From NCBI GenBank assembly GCA_030390025.1, contig CM059432.1, positions 38,814,001-38,878,000 of the forward strand: a stretch of DNA of 64,000 bases, read 5' to 3'. The stretch comes from Squalus acanthias (Eukaryota). This document shows, piece after piece, positions 1 to 11,800 of the stretch. Below the pieces are notes generated by a model. That model saw nothing but the letters and a program-made list of their open reading frames with translations. It had not been told where the DNA came from and searched no databases. The position numbers and the translations under genes were made by a program. Numbering within the stretch: the first letter of the stretch is position 1; each line of letters starts with the position of its first letter.

Positions 1-807
1 TGATCTAAAATGGGAAGAAAGCTCAAATACAAAACACTCGTCATGACCAAAGCCGAACTTGGGGTCTTCTTGCTGGGAATTGATTTACATTATAACTAAC
101 CAGCAACCTTAACCAGGAACGTCCATAGAATTACTCTTCAAAGGCTACTTATTTATGACAGAATAAGTAGGCCTGAATCCAAACTATGAAGTATCCTTCT
201 CAGCTCCTTATGGTCAAGATTTACACACCGGATTTATGTACTTAACTTCGAGTTCTGGGCTGTTAAAGAGCAACATTATGAGGAGAAAGAAGAGCTATTT
301 AAAAATTGTTTATCTTGCAATAATTAAAAACACTTTTTCCACACATTCTGGTTACAAGTTTAAAATGTAACCACTATTGCTATAAAAGTGCTATTGTTTG
401 TGTTCCTCAGGCCATAACTGCATCAATGCCTATTTATTAAACTGAGTCTTGATTGACTCCAGAACATTTATTTAAGGTAGGGCACATTTGCAATTAATTT
501 AATACTGCAAAACAACATCTACTCCACTCATCCTTGAAGTAATATTATGACCACTTGAGAATTGAACTTTGGGTCTACTGAAACAATAGAACACCTGATG
601 TTTACAAAAATCATACAAGTCAGGAAACTTGACTAAGCATGAAGTTAAATTACGAATTTTCAAAATACAGCTGGATACAGTAAATGGGTGCATGAAGGAT
701 GAACTTAAAATGGGGAAAATAACCTCTATACATTTTGGATTTTTCTCCTCATCTTAAAACATCAAAGAATAACTAGTGGAATGAAAAAAATTAGTTCCAG
801 GCTTTTA

Positions 808-1128
<321 letters not shown>

Positions 1129-1769
1129 TTATAAAAAAGGCGCATGTTCACTGATCTACAGCTTTTAGTAAATGCAATCAATCACCAAACAGCAAAATGG
1201 TTTAGAATAAGTGAACCTTGTGTGGGAAAGGAAAAGCTTAGAGTTTACTTAAAACATTTCAAAAGGGAATTTTGAATCATTTAATGACCACAGATCAGAA
1301 CTGTACACCAATATAAAAATACATTACAAAAAGACCATTGTAAATTCATTAACAAGCAATAGCTCAGAAGTTAAATTAAATTTCACAATTGGGATCACCC
1401 AGTTTGCAGTTGCGATGCCAACAGAAAACGTGGCGGAGATCTGTTATGCCAGGTAGCCTCCTATTTTGCGTCACATTCAATTTCCCATGTCAGGGATCGG
1501 TGGTTTAAGAAGTACATTTGGGGGGTAAATGCCCAACATTTCCATGTGACATGGGTGTTCAAAGTTGCTAGACAGCTGCAAGTCATGGAAAAGATTAATA
1601 TTAAGGCAACTGTATTTCAAGTGATTGATGCAAGAAGTTGAATGGACGCCAGCACCTACCAGTGGAGTGACCAGGAACCAAGCATTACAACAGTACTCAG
1701 CATGTACACCATAAGAAACTTTCGCTTTTCTTCTTAAAACTACTCACGAAGGCTGAGATGTTAAGTTTG

Positions 1770-2080
1770 CCTGCTCAGCTAGATGTAAAGGATTCCATGG
1801 CACTATTTGAAGAAGAGTGGGAAAGTTCTCAGAGTATCTTGCCTAACATTTGTTCCTCAACCAAAGCCACTAAAGCAGATTATCTGGTCATTTATTTATT
1901 GTTGTTTGTGGGACCTTGCTGTATGTAAATTGGCTGTACAATAAAACTCAACTGCTTGACGAAGCTTTTGGTCACCTGTCCTAATAGCTCCTTATGTGGC
2001 TCGGTGTCTGATTTACGCTTGTGACGCACCTTAGGACATTTTACTACGTTAAAGGCGCTGTATAAATACAAGTTGTTGTA
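1770..2080 (+). mobile_element. Deu-domain SINE fragment followed by an L2-type 3' tail
   Basis: gatgtaaaggattccatggcactatttgaagaagag...gtgggaccttgctg; tail ttactacgttaaaggcgctgtataaatacaagttgttg. Confidence 0.65.
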
Positions 2081-2129
2081 AATGCTACAGAATTCAAAAT
2101 GCTGAGGAGTTTTGTTAAGGTAAAACTAT

Positions 2130-3360
2130 TTTCCACCGGTCAGTGAGTTGGTAACTAGAGGGCATCAATTTAAGATCATTGGCAGAATACAAAGGGATTG
2201 CTCGAGAGAAAGGTTTTAAGCAGAGAGTTGCTATGACATGGAATGCCCGAGCAAAGGGATAGCAGAATCCAGCATAGCTTTTAAAAGGGAAGGGGATAAA
2301 TATTTTACAAAGAAGCATTTTAAAGGCTATGGGGAAAGAGCAGGGATATGGGACGAGTGTACTGTTGCCAAATTTGCTGACGATACAAAGATAGGTGGGA
2401 AAGCAAGTTGTGAGGAGTACACAGAGTCTGCAAAGGGATATAGATAGGTTAATTGAGTGGGCAAAAATTTGGCAGATGGAGTATAATGTGGGAAAATGTG
2501 AGTGTTATCCACTTTGGTAGGAAGAATAAAAAAGCAAATTATTTAAATGGAGGCTACAGAATGCTGCGGTACAGAGAGATATAGGTGTCCTCGTACATGT
2601 AACACAAAAAGTTAGCATGCAGGTACAGCAAGTAATTAAGAAGGCAAATGGAATATTGGCCTTTATTGCAAGGGGGAATGGAGTATAAAAGTAGGGAAGT
2701 CTTGCTACAACTGTACAGGGCGTTGGTGAGACCACACCTGGAGTACTGCGTACAGTTTTGGTCTCCTTATTTAAGGAGATATACTTGCATTGGAGGCAGT
2801 TCAGAGAAGGTTCACTAGGTTGATTCCTGAGTTGAAGGGGTTGTCTTATGAGGAAAGGTTGAGCCTATACTCATTGGAGTTTAGAAGAATGAGAGGTGAT
2901 CTTATTGAAACATAAGATTCTGAGGGGGCTTGACAGGGTAGATGCAGGGAGGATGTTTCCCCTCGTAGGGGGGGGGGGATCTAGAACTAGGGGCATAGTA
3001 TCAGAATAAGGGGTCGCCCATTTAAAACGGAGATGAGGAGGAATTTCTTCTCTCGGAGGGTGGTGAATCTTTGGAATTCTCTACCCCAGAGAGTTGTGGA
3101 GGCTGAGTCATTGAATATATTCAAGGCGGAGATAGACAGATTTTTGAAAAACAGGGGAATCAAGGGTTATGGGGAGCGGGCAGGAAAGTGGAGTTGAGGC
3201 CAAGATCAGATCAGCCATGATCTTATTGAATGGCAGAGCAGGCTCGAGGGGCCGAAAGGCCTACTCCTGCTCCTATTTCTTATGTTTTTATGGATAGTTC
3301 GAGAGCCAGCACAGGCATGATGTACTGAATGTCCTCCTTCTGTGCTGTTTGATTCTACAA
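2130..3360 (+). mobile_element. CR1 3' fragment interrupted by a younger 5'-truncated CR1 (about 2358-3290)
   Basis: RT motifs [10 protein letters not shown] and [16 protein letters not shown]1 3' tail ggcctactcctgctcctatttcttatgtt. Confidence 0.9.
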
Positions 3361-4495
3361 CAGTGACTATACTTCAATAGCACTTCATTGCCTATGACGC
3401 ACTTTAGCACATCCTGAGGATGTGAAATGTACTATATAAACGTAATTTATTTTTTCTTTATAGAAAGAAACATTCCGATTACAGCTTTGAAGACGAATAA
3501 AATAGTGCTCCCATCAAAATTCCATAGTTCTTGATTGCAACTTTGCTCAGTTGGACAAAACTAAAAGCTACTGTAATTACAAGCAGCTCTTCAGTTTAAC
3601 TGCTGTCAGACGATGGTCCATTTGTGTCGTGGTCACCGAGTAACTGAGACAAATTTATGTCTTCACTGCCTGGGTGGTAATCTGGCGGAGCAGATTGCAT
3701 GGCTGATTTTCATTCCATTGAAATCATAAAAAGATGTTCAGTAAACTTTTTTTGTTTGAAGACATACAATGAAATGATTCAACTCATGTTGAAATGCATC
3801 AAGGCACTTGCATGCAAGGTCGCACCCAATTTTTTTAAAAAATCACGATAGATTCAGCTGAAAAAGACTCTTCAGCCCATTTGATATTCTCTCAATGTTA
3901 ACCCTACTGTCTTCCCTTTACAGCTTGAACATCTACCTGAACAGGCAGATGAGAACTTGGTTTAACATGTTATCCAATGCAACACTCCCTTAGTACTGAA
4001 AAGTACTCCTGTAGTGAAGAGGAAAAATTTGCTGGGCTATGGGGATAGAGCAGGGGAGTGGGACTAACTGGATAGCTCTTTTAAAAGAGCCGGCAGTCAC
4101 AATGGGCTGAATGGCCTCCTCTGTGCTGTATGATTCTATAATACTGGAGTGTCAGCACAGATTAGGAGCCTGGACTGGAGCTTAAATCCACAACTTTCAA
4201 ACTCCAACGCGAGAGACCTACCAACTAGGTCTAGCTGGCATTATAAGCATTCACAATCATTCAAGTGGAATCAAACCAGGGACCTACAGCTATAGTCATT
4301 CTGGTCTACTTGCTAAACTATCAAAAGCACAGGCACAATACAAATGCCAAATACCTTTCAAAAAATATAAAATATTAATCCAACTGTAGAAAAATTAAAT
4401 GTTACACCCAAATATCCATAAGCATAACAAGTCTGGAATACTGCATCTTTACTAAATATATGTAGCTTCAGAAAAAAATAGGCCTTTGACCTTAC

Positions 4496-4540
4496 CAAAA
4501 ACCATCCTCCATATTGCTGGATGTGGTCGGATGAAAGGAC
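4496..4540 (-). CDS. PTDSS1: PTDSS1 exon 3 (45 nt)
   Basis: ttttcag| then [16 protein letters not shown], then |gtaagg. Confidence 0.96.
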
Positions 4541-4667
4541 CTGAAAATGAACATGAAAATCGTTAAGCAATGTATTCTAGATAAATAAATTGTTTCAGAA
4601 TATATAAAAGTAATATGCAAGAAATGTGAGTAATCACAATTCTCACGAGTAACAAACAACAACTTAC

Positions 4668-4759
4668 CATTAGGAAATGCTAAAACACTTACAATTAGAA
4701 AAAAGAACACCACGGAAAGAACGCCCTTCCATATATTGTCTTCCGGACTTGAATCATCC
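4668..4759 (-). CDS. PTDSS1: PTDSS1 exon 2 (92 nt)
   Basis: cag|G GAT GAT...; encodes [31 protein letters not shown]; donor gtaagt; phase matches exon 1. Confidence 0.96.
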
Positions 4760-5129
4760 CTGGATAAAAAGATAACATTCTGGGTATTTTATTACACGGT
4801 TTCAGTCCCAACAGAGCACTTTGGCAATGCATTATTTAGTCTACTCAGAATTGTAAGAGCAAACAGAAAATAAAAATATTCATTTCACACTACATCGGTA
4901 CAAATGTAATATTGCGAGACAAAGTGGAAGTAGGTTATTCCGGAGAACAAGAAACTCCAGATGCGACACAGAATCGGAACCAAGTTTGCAAGTGATACAT
5001 TATAAATCAGGCCTAACAGCAGAATCTTTGCAAACTTGACTTGGCACACATACATTTATATTCAGTCAACCAGCGGATCCTTCGGACCTGAAGCACAGGG
5101 AGGGAGAGAGGGCTGCATACAGACAGTAC

Positions 5130-5308
5130 CTGGTAAAAGCAAAATACATGACACTGATGATCGTGAAGGTGAGCAGGGTGATGGTGTGCGGCTTGTAGAA
5201 GAAGTCTATGGTGATATCCTCCACTTGCTGCTCGTTGATCATGCGGAAATGCAGTCTGTAATTAACATCATTTTTGCTGATTGTCCTGCTGCCTCTGCTG
5301 GACGCCAT
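5130..5308 (-). CDS. PTDSS1: Phosphatidylserine synthase 1, coding exon 1 (179 nt)
   Basis: Encodes [46 protein letters not shown]...YFAFTR, the recognisable PTDSS1 N-terminus. Kozak GCCATGG; donor AG|GTACTG. Confidence 0.97.
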
Positions 5309-5611
5309 GGCCGCGGAGTTCTGCCCGAGCCGCCAGCAGCGCCCGACAACCGCCCAAGCTGAGAGTGGGAGACGTTTAAGCGTCAAACGCAGTCAGCCCT
5401 CTGGTGCAAGTCGGATAGAAGCTTCCGCCACACTATCTATTAGGATATGCGTCGAGATAAGGCGGAGTTTGTTTTAAAATATAGAAGTTCTTTTATAGTG
5501 ATCTAAAAGGAAAAAGGTTTGTGTCAATCCCCCCTTTTTTGTGGTGGACTCTCCCGTTGTGGAAACGGTTACATTTCAGAACGTCCTTTACGCACGTGGG
5601 GCGGCGGCACG
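5309..5611. promoter_or_regulatory. Bidirectional CpG-rich promoter of PTDSS1/MTERF3, probably including a non-coding MTERF3 exon 1
   Basis: Head-to-head genes and CpG-rich sequence. ETS/GABP-like CGGAAG on minus at 5422-5427; E-box CACGTG at 5593-5598. The MTERF3 ATG exon has an acceptor 22 nt upstream of its ATG, so an upstream exon is required. The TSS is not visible. Confidence 0.65.
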
Positions 5612-6590
5612 GCGAGCCGGGGCTGGGCTTTGGGCCGGGCCTATGGGCACGGTGAGCCGGGGCTGGGCTTTGGGCCGGGCCTGTGGGCACGGTGAGCCGG
5701 GGCCGGGCCTGCGGGCACGGTGAGCCGGGGCTGGGCTTTGGGCCGGGCCTATGGGCACGGTGAGCCGGGGCTGGGCTTTGGGCCGGGCCTATGGGCACGG
5801 TGAGCCGGGGCTGGGCTTTGGGCCGGGCCTATGGGCACGGTGAGCCGGGGCTGGGCTTTGGGCCGGGCCTGTGGGCACGGCGAGCCGGGGCTGGGCTTTG
5901 GGCCGGGCCTGTGGGCACGGCGAGCCGGGGCTGGGCTTTGGGCCGGGCCTGTGGGCACGGTGAGCCGGGGCTGGGCTTTGGGCCGGGCCTGTGGGCACGG
6001 TGAGCCGGGGCTGGGCTTTGGGCCGGGCCGGGGCTGGGCTTTGGGCCGGGCCTGTGGGCACGGCGAGCCGGGGCTGGGCTTTGGGCTGGGCCTGTGGGCA
6101 CGGTGAGCCGGGGCTGGGCTTTGGGCCGGGCCTGTGGGCACGGCGAGCCGGGGCTGGGCTTTGGGCCGGGCCTGTGGGCACGGCGAGCCGGGGCTGGGCT
6201 TTGGGCCGGGCCTGTGGGCACGGCGAGCCGGGGCTGGGCTTTGGGCCGGGCCTGTGGGCACGGCGAGCCGGGGCTGGGCTTTGGGCCGGGCCTGTGGGCA
6301 CGGCGAGCCGGGGCTGGGCTTTGGGCCGGGCCTGTGGGCACGGCGAGCCGGGGCTGGGCTTGGGGCCGGGCCTGTGGGCACGGCGAGCCGGGGCTGGGCT
6401 TTGGGCCGGGCCTGTGGGCACGGCGAGCCGGGGCTGGGCTTTGGGCCGGGCCTGTGGGCACGGTGAGCCGGGGCTGGGCTTTGGGCCGGGCCTGTGGGCA
6501 CGGTGAGCCGGGGCTGTGGGCAGGGTGTAGCTGGGCCGAGGTCGGGCCTGTGGGCACAGTGAGTCGGGGCTGTGGGCACGGTGAGTTGGG
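5606..6590 (+). repeat. 40-bp GC-rich minisatellite, about 23 units, degenerate at the 3' end
   Basis: Unit GGGCACGG(T/C)GAGCCGGGGCTGGGCTTTGGGCCGGGCCT(G/A)T with five G>=3 tracts per unit. Confidence 0.97.
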
Positions 6591-6825
6591 TTACACTGGT
6601 ACACCGGAAGCTTTGGCCTGGATATCTGACTTAGATATTGACATTTGATTGATTTGCTTTGCTACTACCATACGAAAGAAGTAGTTTAAAACCTTTGGCT
6701 GATTTGGGTTAATAAACTCTGGCTCCTAAGGTACAGGCTTTGTTTTAATTCTGCGCTTGAGAGGCTTCGGTGGGCTGTGCCGTGCTGATAGAAACGCTGT
6801 TTGGAGTTTCTGTAGTATCTGTGTA

Positions 6826-7179
6826 CTCTTTTGATTGGTGCACACTAAAACAAATAAACTGTAACTAATAAACCATTAAATGAAACTTAATAAATTAAAA
6901 TTGTGTTGGTCAGGGTGATAATGCACTCCAGTCCCCACGGCGCCCACTAGTCACGGAAGGCCTCGAGCGTGCCGGCAGACACCGCGTGCTCCATCTCCAA
7001 GGCGTGAACGTGGCCGCGGAAGAGAGGCAGGCAGTCGGGCCGAACGAGCACCCGATGCCTGGACCAATTAATGGCCACTTTGGCTAGGCCCAGGAGCAGT
7101 CCGATGAGGAGGTCCTCCGACCTGCCCACTCCCCTCCGCACCGGGTGACCAAAGATCAGGAGCGTGGGAATGAAGTGCA
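6826..7179 (-). mobile_element. 5'-truncated Tx1/L1-clade LINE 3' end
   Basis: ORF remnant LLIFGHPVRRG...LLLGLAKVAIN...LEAFRD; 14-bp TSD GTAGTATCTGTGTA at 6812-6825 and 7180-7193. Confidence 0.75.
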
Positions 7180-7461
7180 GTAGTATCTGTGTAAACACGG
7201 CAATGCACTGAGCAGGCTCACGGGCTCTAAGTGTGGAACCGGTCTCAGCAGCTTCTGGAAGCCAGTGTCAACAGCAGGCGTGGTCTACACTTTTTTTCAG
7301 AGCAGTATTTGTTTAAACATAATGCTGTGCACTTCCTCGTTGGAATCATTAATGAGGGTACTTCTGAGTGTGTAGCCTCACACTCCATATCAATTGGTTC
7401 GACTGCACGCAATATCTGGACAACTTCACCTCAGTTTCTCTCGCCTCTCAATGTAACATTT

Positions 7462-7930
7462 CATCATCTTAGACAGTCCCTCGGAACCGAGGATGACTTG
7501 CTTCCACATTAGAAATGAGTTCTCAGGTGACTGATGAGTCCAATGCGGGACCTACAGTCTCTGTCACAGGTGGGGCAGACGGTGGTTAAAGGGGTGGGTG
7601 GGGTGCTTGGGTTGACTTGCGCTTGGCTTCCGCTTGCTCCTGGCGAAGAGACTCAAGGTATTCAGCGCCTTCCCGGATGCTTCTCCTCCACTTTGTGCAG
7701 TCTTGGGCCAGGGATTCCCAGGTGTTCGGGGGGATGTTGCACTTTTTCAAGGAGGCTTTGAGGGTGTCCTTGCAGCATTTCCTCTGCCCACCTGGGGCTC
7801 TCTTGCCGTGTCGGAGCTCCGAGTAGAGCGCTTGTTTTGGGAGTCTCGTATCGGGCATGCGGACGATGTGACCCGTCCATCGGAGCTGATCGAGCGTGGT
7901 CAAAGCTTCGATGCTGGGGATGTTGGCCTG
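7462..7930 (-). mobile_element. RTE-clade LINE 3' fragment
   Basis: QLRWTGHIVRMPDTRLPKQALYSELRHGKRAPGGQRK..KDTLKASLKKC, the RTE ORF C-terminus. Confidence 0.9.
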
Positions 7931-9245
7931 ATACCATTCTAGTAAATCTCCTTTGCACCTCTCCAAGGTCTTCCGAAAGTGTGGTGCCCAGAATTGGCCA
8001 CAATACTCCATCTGGGGCCTAACCCATGTTTTATAAAGGTTTAGCAAACTGCTTTGCTTTTGTACTCTATGCCTTTTTATAAAGCCAAGGATTCTGTATG
8101 CCTTTTTAACAGCCTTCTCAACTTGTCATGCCTCCTTGAAGACTTGTGTATGTACATGCCCAGGTCTCTGTTCCTGCACCCCCTTTAAAATTGTACCATT
8201 TAGTTTATATTGCCTCGCATTCTTCATACCAAAATGAATCACTTCTCTGCATTAAATTAAATATATATCAAAAAAGCAGTGGTCCCAACACTAACCCCTG
8301 CACACTTCTCTCCAGTCTGAAAAACAACTGTTCACCACTATTCTCTGCTTTCTGTCCCTTAGCCAATTTTGTATCCACGCAGCCACTGCCCTTTAATCCT
8401 ATAAGCTTCAATTTTGCTAACAAGTCTATTATGTGGTACTTTATCAAAAGCCTTTTGAAAGTCCTTATACACAACATCAACTGCACTACCCTCATCAACC
8501 CTTTCTGTTACTTCATCTAAGAACTCAATCAAGTTAGTCAAACACGATTTGCCTTCTACAAATCTGTGCGGGCTTTCATTTATTAACCCATATTTTTCCA
8601 AGTGCCAATTCATTTTGTTCTGGATTATTGTCTCTAAACGTTTCCCCACCACAAACATTGGGTTGTCTGGCCTGTAGTTGCCAGGTTTATCCCTTTTCCC
8701 TTTTTTGAACAGGGGTGTAACATTTGCAGTCCTCTGGCACCACTCTCATTTCTAAGGGGGATTGAAAGATTCTGGCCAGAGCATCTGTAATTTCCACCCT
8801 TACTTCCCTCAGCAACCTAGGATGCATCCCATCTGGACTAGGTGACTTTTCTACTTTGAGCACTGCCAACCTTTCAAGTACCTCCTGTATCTATTTTTAT
8901 CCTATTTGATTTCTCTACTACCTCCTCTACTGTGACATTGGCAGGATCCTCTTTAGTGAAGACAGATGCAAAGTACTCATTCGTACATCAGCTACGCCAT
9001 CTGCCTTCACAAGAAGATCTCCTTTTTGATCCCTAATCAGCCCTGCCCTTCTACTATTTATATGTTTATAAAAGACTTTTGGTTTCCTTTTTATGTTACC
9101 CACTAATCTATTCTTGAGCATACTCTTTGCCCCTTTTATTTCCATTTTCAGTTCTCCCCTTTAATTCTTGTATTCAGCTTGGTTCTTTACTGAATTATGA
9201 ACCTGACATTTATCATAAGCTTCCTTTTTCTGTTTCATTTTAATG
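7931..9245 (-). mobile_element. CR1 LINE ORF2 fragment (degenerate)
   Basis: Motifs KSPSPDGMHPRLLRE, KSCLTNLIEF and [11 protein letters not shown]. Confidence 0.9.
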
Positions 9246-9536
9246 GCTCACTGGTACATTGCACTTTCTATTCAGTTTATCAATTTCATTAATTCCACAG
9301 TATATATTTGACTCCAGCAAAATGTCAAAATCTGAAAGGCCCACATTTGTGCCTCTGTTGTAGCTGCAAGTGTAAAATCAGCCAGAAGCCATGTATTACA
9401 TCAGTGTTAAATACTCAAAGAGTGATGAATCAATCCTTAGTTGTACCAGCTTTAGCTAAGACAAAACACTTAATTGGATAGCACTTGACTCATTCCAGGA
9501 TTTGCTAGTAGTATAAAAGTGTCTTTGTTTAATAAT

Positions 9537-10221
9537 TGTGAGAAGTTGCACAACACCAGGTTATAGTCCAACAGCTTTATTTGAAATCACAAGCTTTCGG
9601 AGTGCTGCTCCTTCGTCAGGTGAAATGAAGAGATGCATATAGGCACCGCATATATAGTCAGAGAACACTGCCAGATGATTACAGTTAATCTTTCTAACTG
9701 CCCTTTATCACACCTCGGCAGAGAGATAATCACGGCAATCAAAGGTGTAGATGGTGTCCAAACAGGTCAGTCAGGAAAACATTACATCAAAGACAATGAG
9801 GTGGGGTCACAAGGGGTCAAATGTGGTGGATGCTGGGGTCTGTATGGAAAACAAAAAACTTTTTTTGCTGGGAATCACAGTCGGCCGCATCTGTGTAGAG
9901 AGAACAAGCCAACGACGACTCGAGTCTGGATGACTCTACGTCAGGTGGGGTTATATGTAACGTGACATGAACCCAAGATCCCGGTTGAGGCCGTCCTCAT
10001 GGGTGCGGAACTTGGCTATCAGTTTCTGCTCGACGATTTTTCGTTGTCGTGTGTCTCGAAGGCCGCCTTGGAGAACGCTTACCCGAAGATCGGAGGCTGA
10101 ATTTCCTTGACGGCTGAAGTGTTCCCCAACTGGGAGGGAGCACTCCTGCCTGGCGATTGTTGCCTGGTGTTGTGCGACTTCTCACATTTGTCCACCCCAG
10201 TCCAACACCGGCATCTCCACA
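9537..10221 (-). mobile_element. Penelope-like element: GIY-YIG endonuclease C-terminus, pLTR and an inverted pLTR piece
   Basis: Minus-strand translation SLPVGEHFS...DLRVSVLQGGLRDTRQRKIVEQKLIAKFRTHEDGLNRDLGFMSRYI*; 15-bp TSD TCTTTGTTTAATAAT at 9522-9536 and 10222-10236. Confidence 0.85.
9587..9623 (-). ncRNA. Minimal type I hammerhead ribozyme motif in a Penelope pLTR
   Basis: TCAC-CTGACGA-A-GGAG(CAGCA)CTCC-GAAA-GC-TT-GTGA: core boxes, stem II, stem I TCAC/GTGA and a palindromic AAGCTT stem III. Confidence 0.75.
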
Positions 10222-10788
10222 TCTTTGTTTAATAATATCAGAAATTTAATGAAAAGCTAAGAATTTGAGTTAAATAATGGGAACTCTCAGACTCGAAGAT
10301 TAAAAATCGATTTGAAATTTACTCCTTGAAATATCTTCTGCAAGTACAGTCAACTCTTCTCAATTTCAAGTTGCTTAATTCAAATTATCTATTCATTCAA
10401 ATTGAAATCATGCAAAAACGTGCCAAGTGCTGTTTTATTAAAATTACTTGTTTGTTTAAATTTGTACTACTGGGGAATTCATTTTTTTTTCACGCAAAAA
10501 CAACTTTGAATTAACGGAGCATATTGGAATAGGCATTTTTTTCTGTATAGCTTAGTTCATTTGTTAATATTTTAAATCAGAAATAGAAAGTGAAAATATA
10601 GTCTCCATTTCATCTTTCACTTTACTATTTTAAATCCTTAACTATTCAAAGGTTTAATGTTTTGAAACATTTAAAATTGTCTTTTTTAACTTTTAATTTA
10701 TAACCCTTACCAAAGTTTTTATGACTACAACTTGCAGTTTACTCATATTAAATTTGTTGTTTACAGGATCAAGTTAAATTGAATAAAA

Positions 10789-11110
10789 ATGTCCTCACTG
10801 TGTCACCGCATTTGCTACCGTTGGTCTTCACTGAGAATCACTGGTCTAGTTTTCTCTTCAAACCAAGAAATAAAGGTGTTGCCTATCGCATCATACAGCC
10901 TTCAACCTCGGTCTGGTGTAGGTGTGCATCGATGCCTCTTAACTCAAAAACTCTGGAGGTTGAAAAATTCTAACTTCAGTTCTTCAGCAGCAGACTCGCC
11001 ACCAAATAAAGAACCTGCTTGGTTCACAGAAAGCAGTCTTTTGCTAAATGCAAACCACAACCATGGCAAAACGGAACTGTCTAGTCTGGCCACAGACGTA
11101 CAACCTGTAG
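10789..11110 (+). CDS. MTERF3: MTERF3 first coding exon (exon starts at 10767; mitochondrial-targeting-like N-terminus)
   Basis: Acceptor ttacag|10767; ATG at 10789; R/S/L-rich N-terminus MSSLCHRICYRWSSLRITGL...; donor G|gtaagc in phase 1, which matches the next exon. Confidence 0.88.
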
Positions 11111-11379
11111 GTAAGCAAATGGAAGCGCTGTACTTTTGTGGTGTATAGATTGCTCAGTCAAAACTGTAAATTGACATACTTTAATGTTTAAATTCAAATT
11201 GATTTTAACCAACATTGGAAAGTTCAGCTCTTGAGTTCTGGGGTCCCATGTTGATAAATATATTTAATTTACCAAATAATGCTGGCGGATTGGAAATTCT
11301 GCATACTGCAGATATAACAATCATAGTCAATTTAAATCATTAATTCAGTAGTTTACTGCAAATAATTGTATAGTAATCG

Positions 11380-11800
11380 TAACTCGCACCAAGTCCCGTT
11401 CGCCCATCACCCCTGTGCTTACTGACCTACATTGGCTCCCGGTCCGGCAACACCTCGATTTAAAAATTCTCATACTTGTTTTCAGATCTCTCCTTGGTCT
11501 CGCCCCTCCCTATTTCTGTAACCTCCTCCAGCCCTCCAACCCACCGAGATCTTGCACTCCTCCAATTCTGACCTCCTGCGCATCCCCGATTTTCATCACT
11601 CCACAATTGGCGGCCGTACCTTCAGCTGCCTAGGCCTTAAGCTCCAGAATTCCCTTCTTAAACCCCTCTCCTCCTTTAAGAAGCTCCTTAAATCCTATCT
11701 CTTTGACCAAGTCTGTCCTAATATCTCCTTCGGTGGCTCAGTATCAAACTTTGCTTGATCGCATTGCTGTGATGTTTTACTCCGTTAAAGTTGTTGTTGT
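11380..11800 (+). mobile_element. L2 LINE 3' fragment
   Basis: ITPVLTDLHWLPV and TIGGRTFSCLG motifs; tail gttgttgttg. Confidence 0.85.

Noticed and set aside
5606..6590. CRISPR-like array
   Set aside because: The repeats are directly adjacent with no unique spacers, no cas genes are present, and the context is vertebrate.
5493..6648. Long Pro/Ala/Arg-rich and Gly-rich ORFs on both strands (up to 276 aa)
   Set aside because: These are artefacts of the stop-poor 40-bp minisatellite; the same peptide cycles through all frames.
7527..7562. CTGATGA-GTCC...GGAC as a hammerhead in the RTE 3' end
   Set aside because: It lacks the GAAA box, and it is the antisense of the RTE coding tail (RIGLISH).
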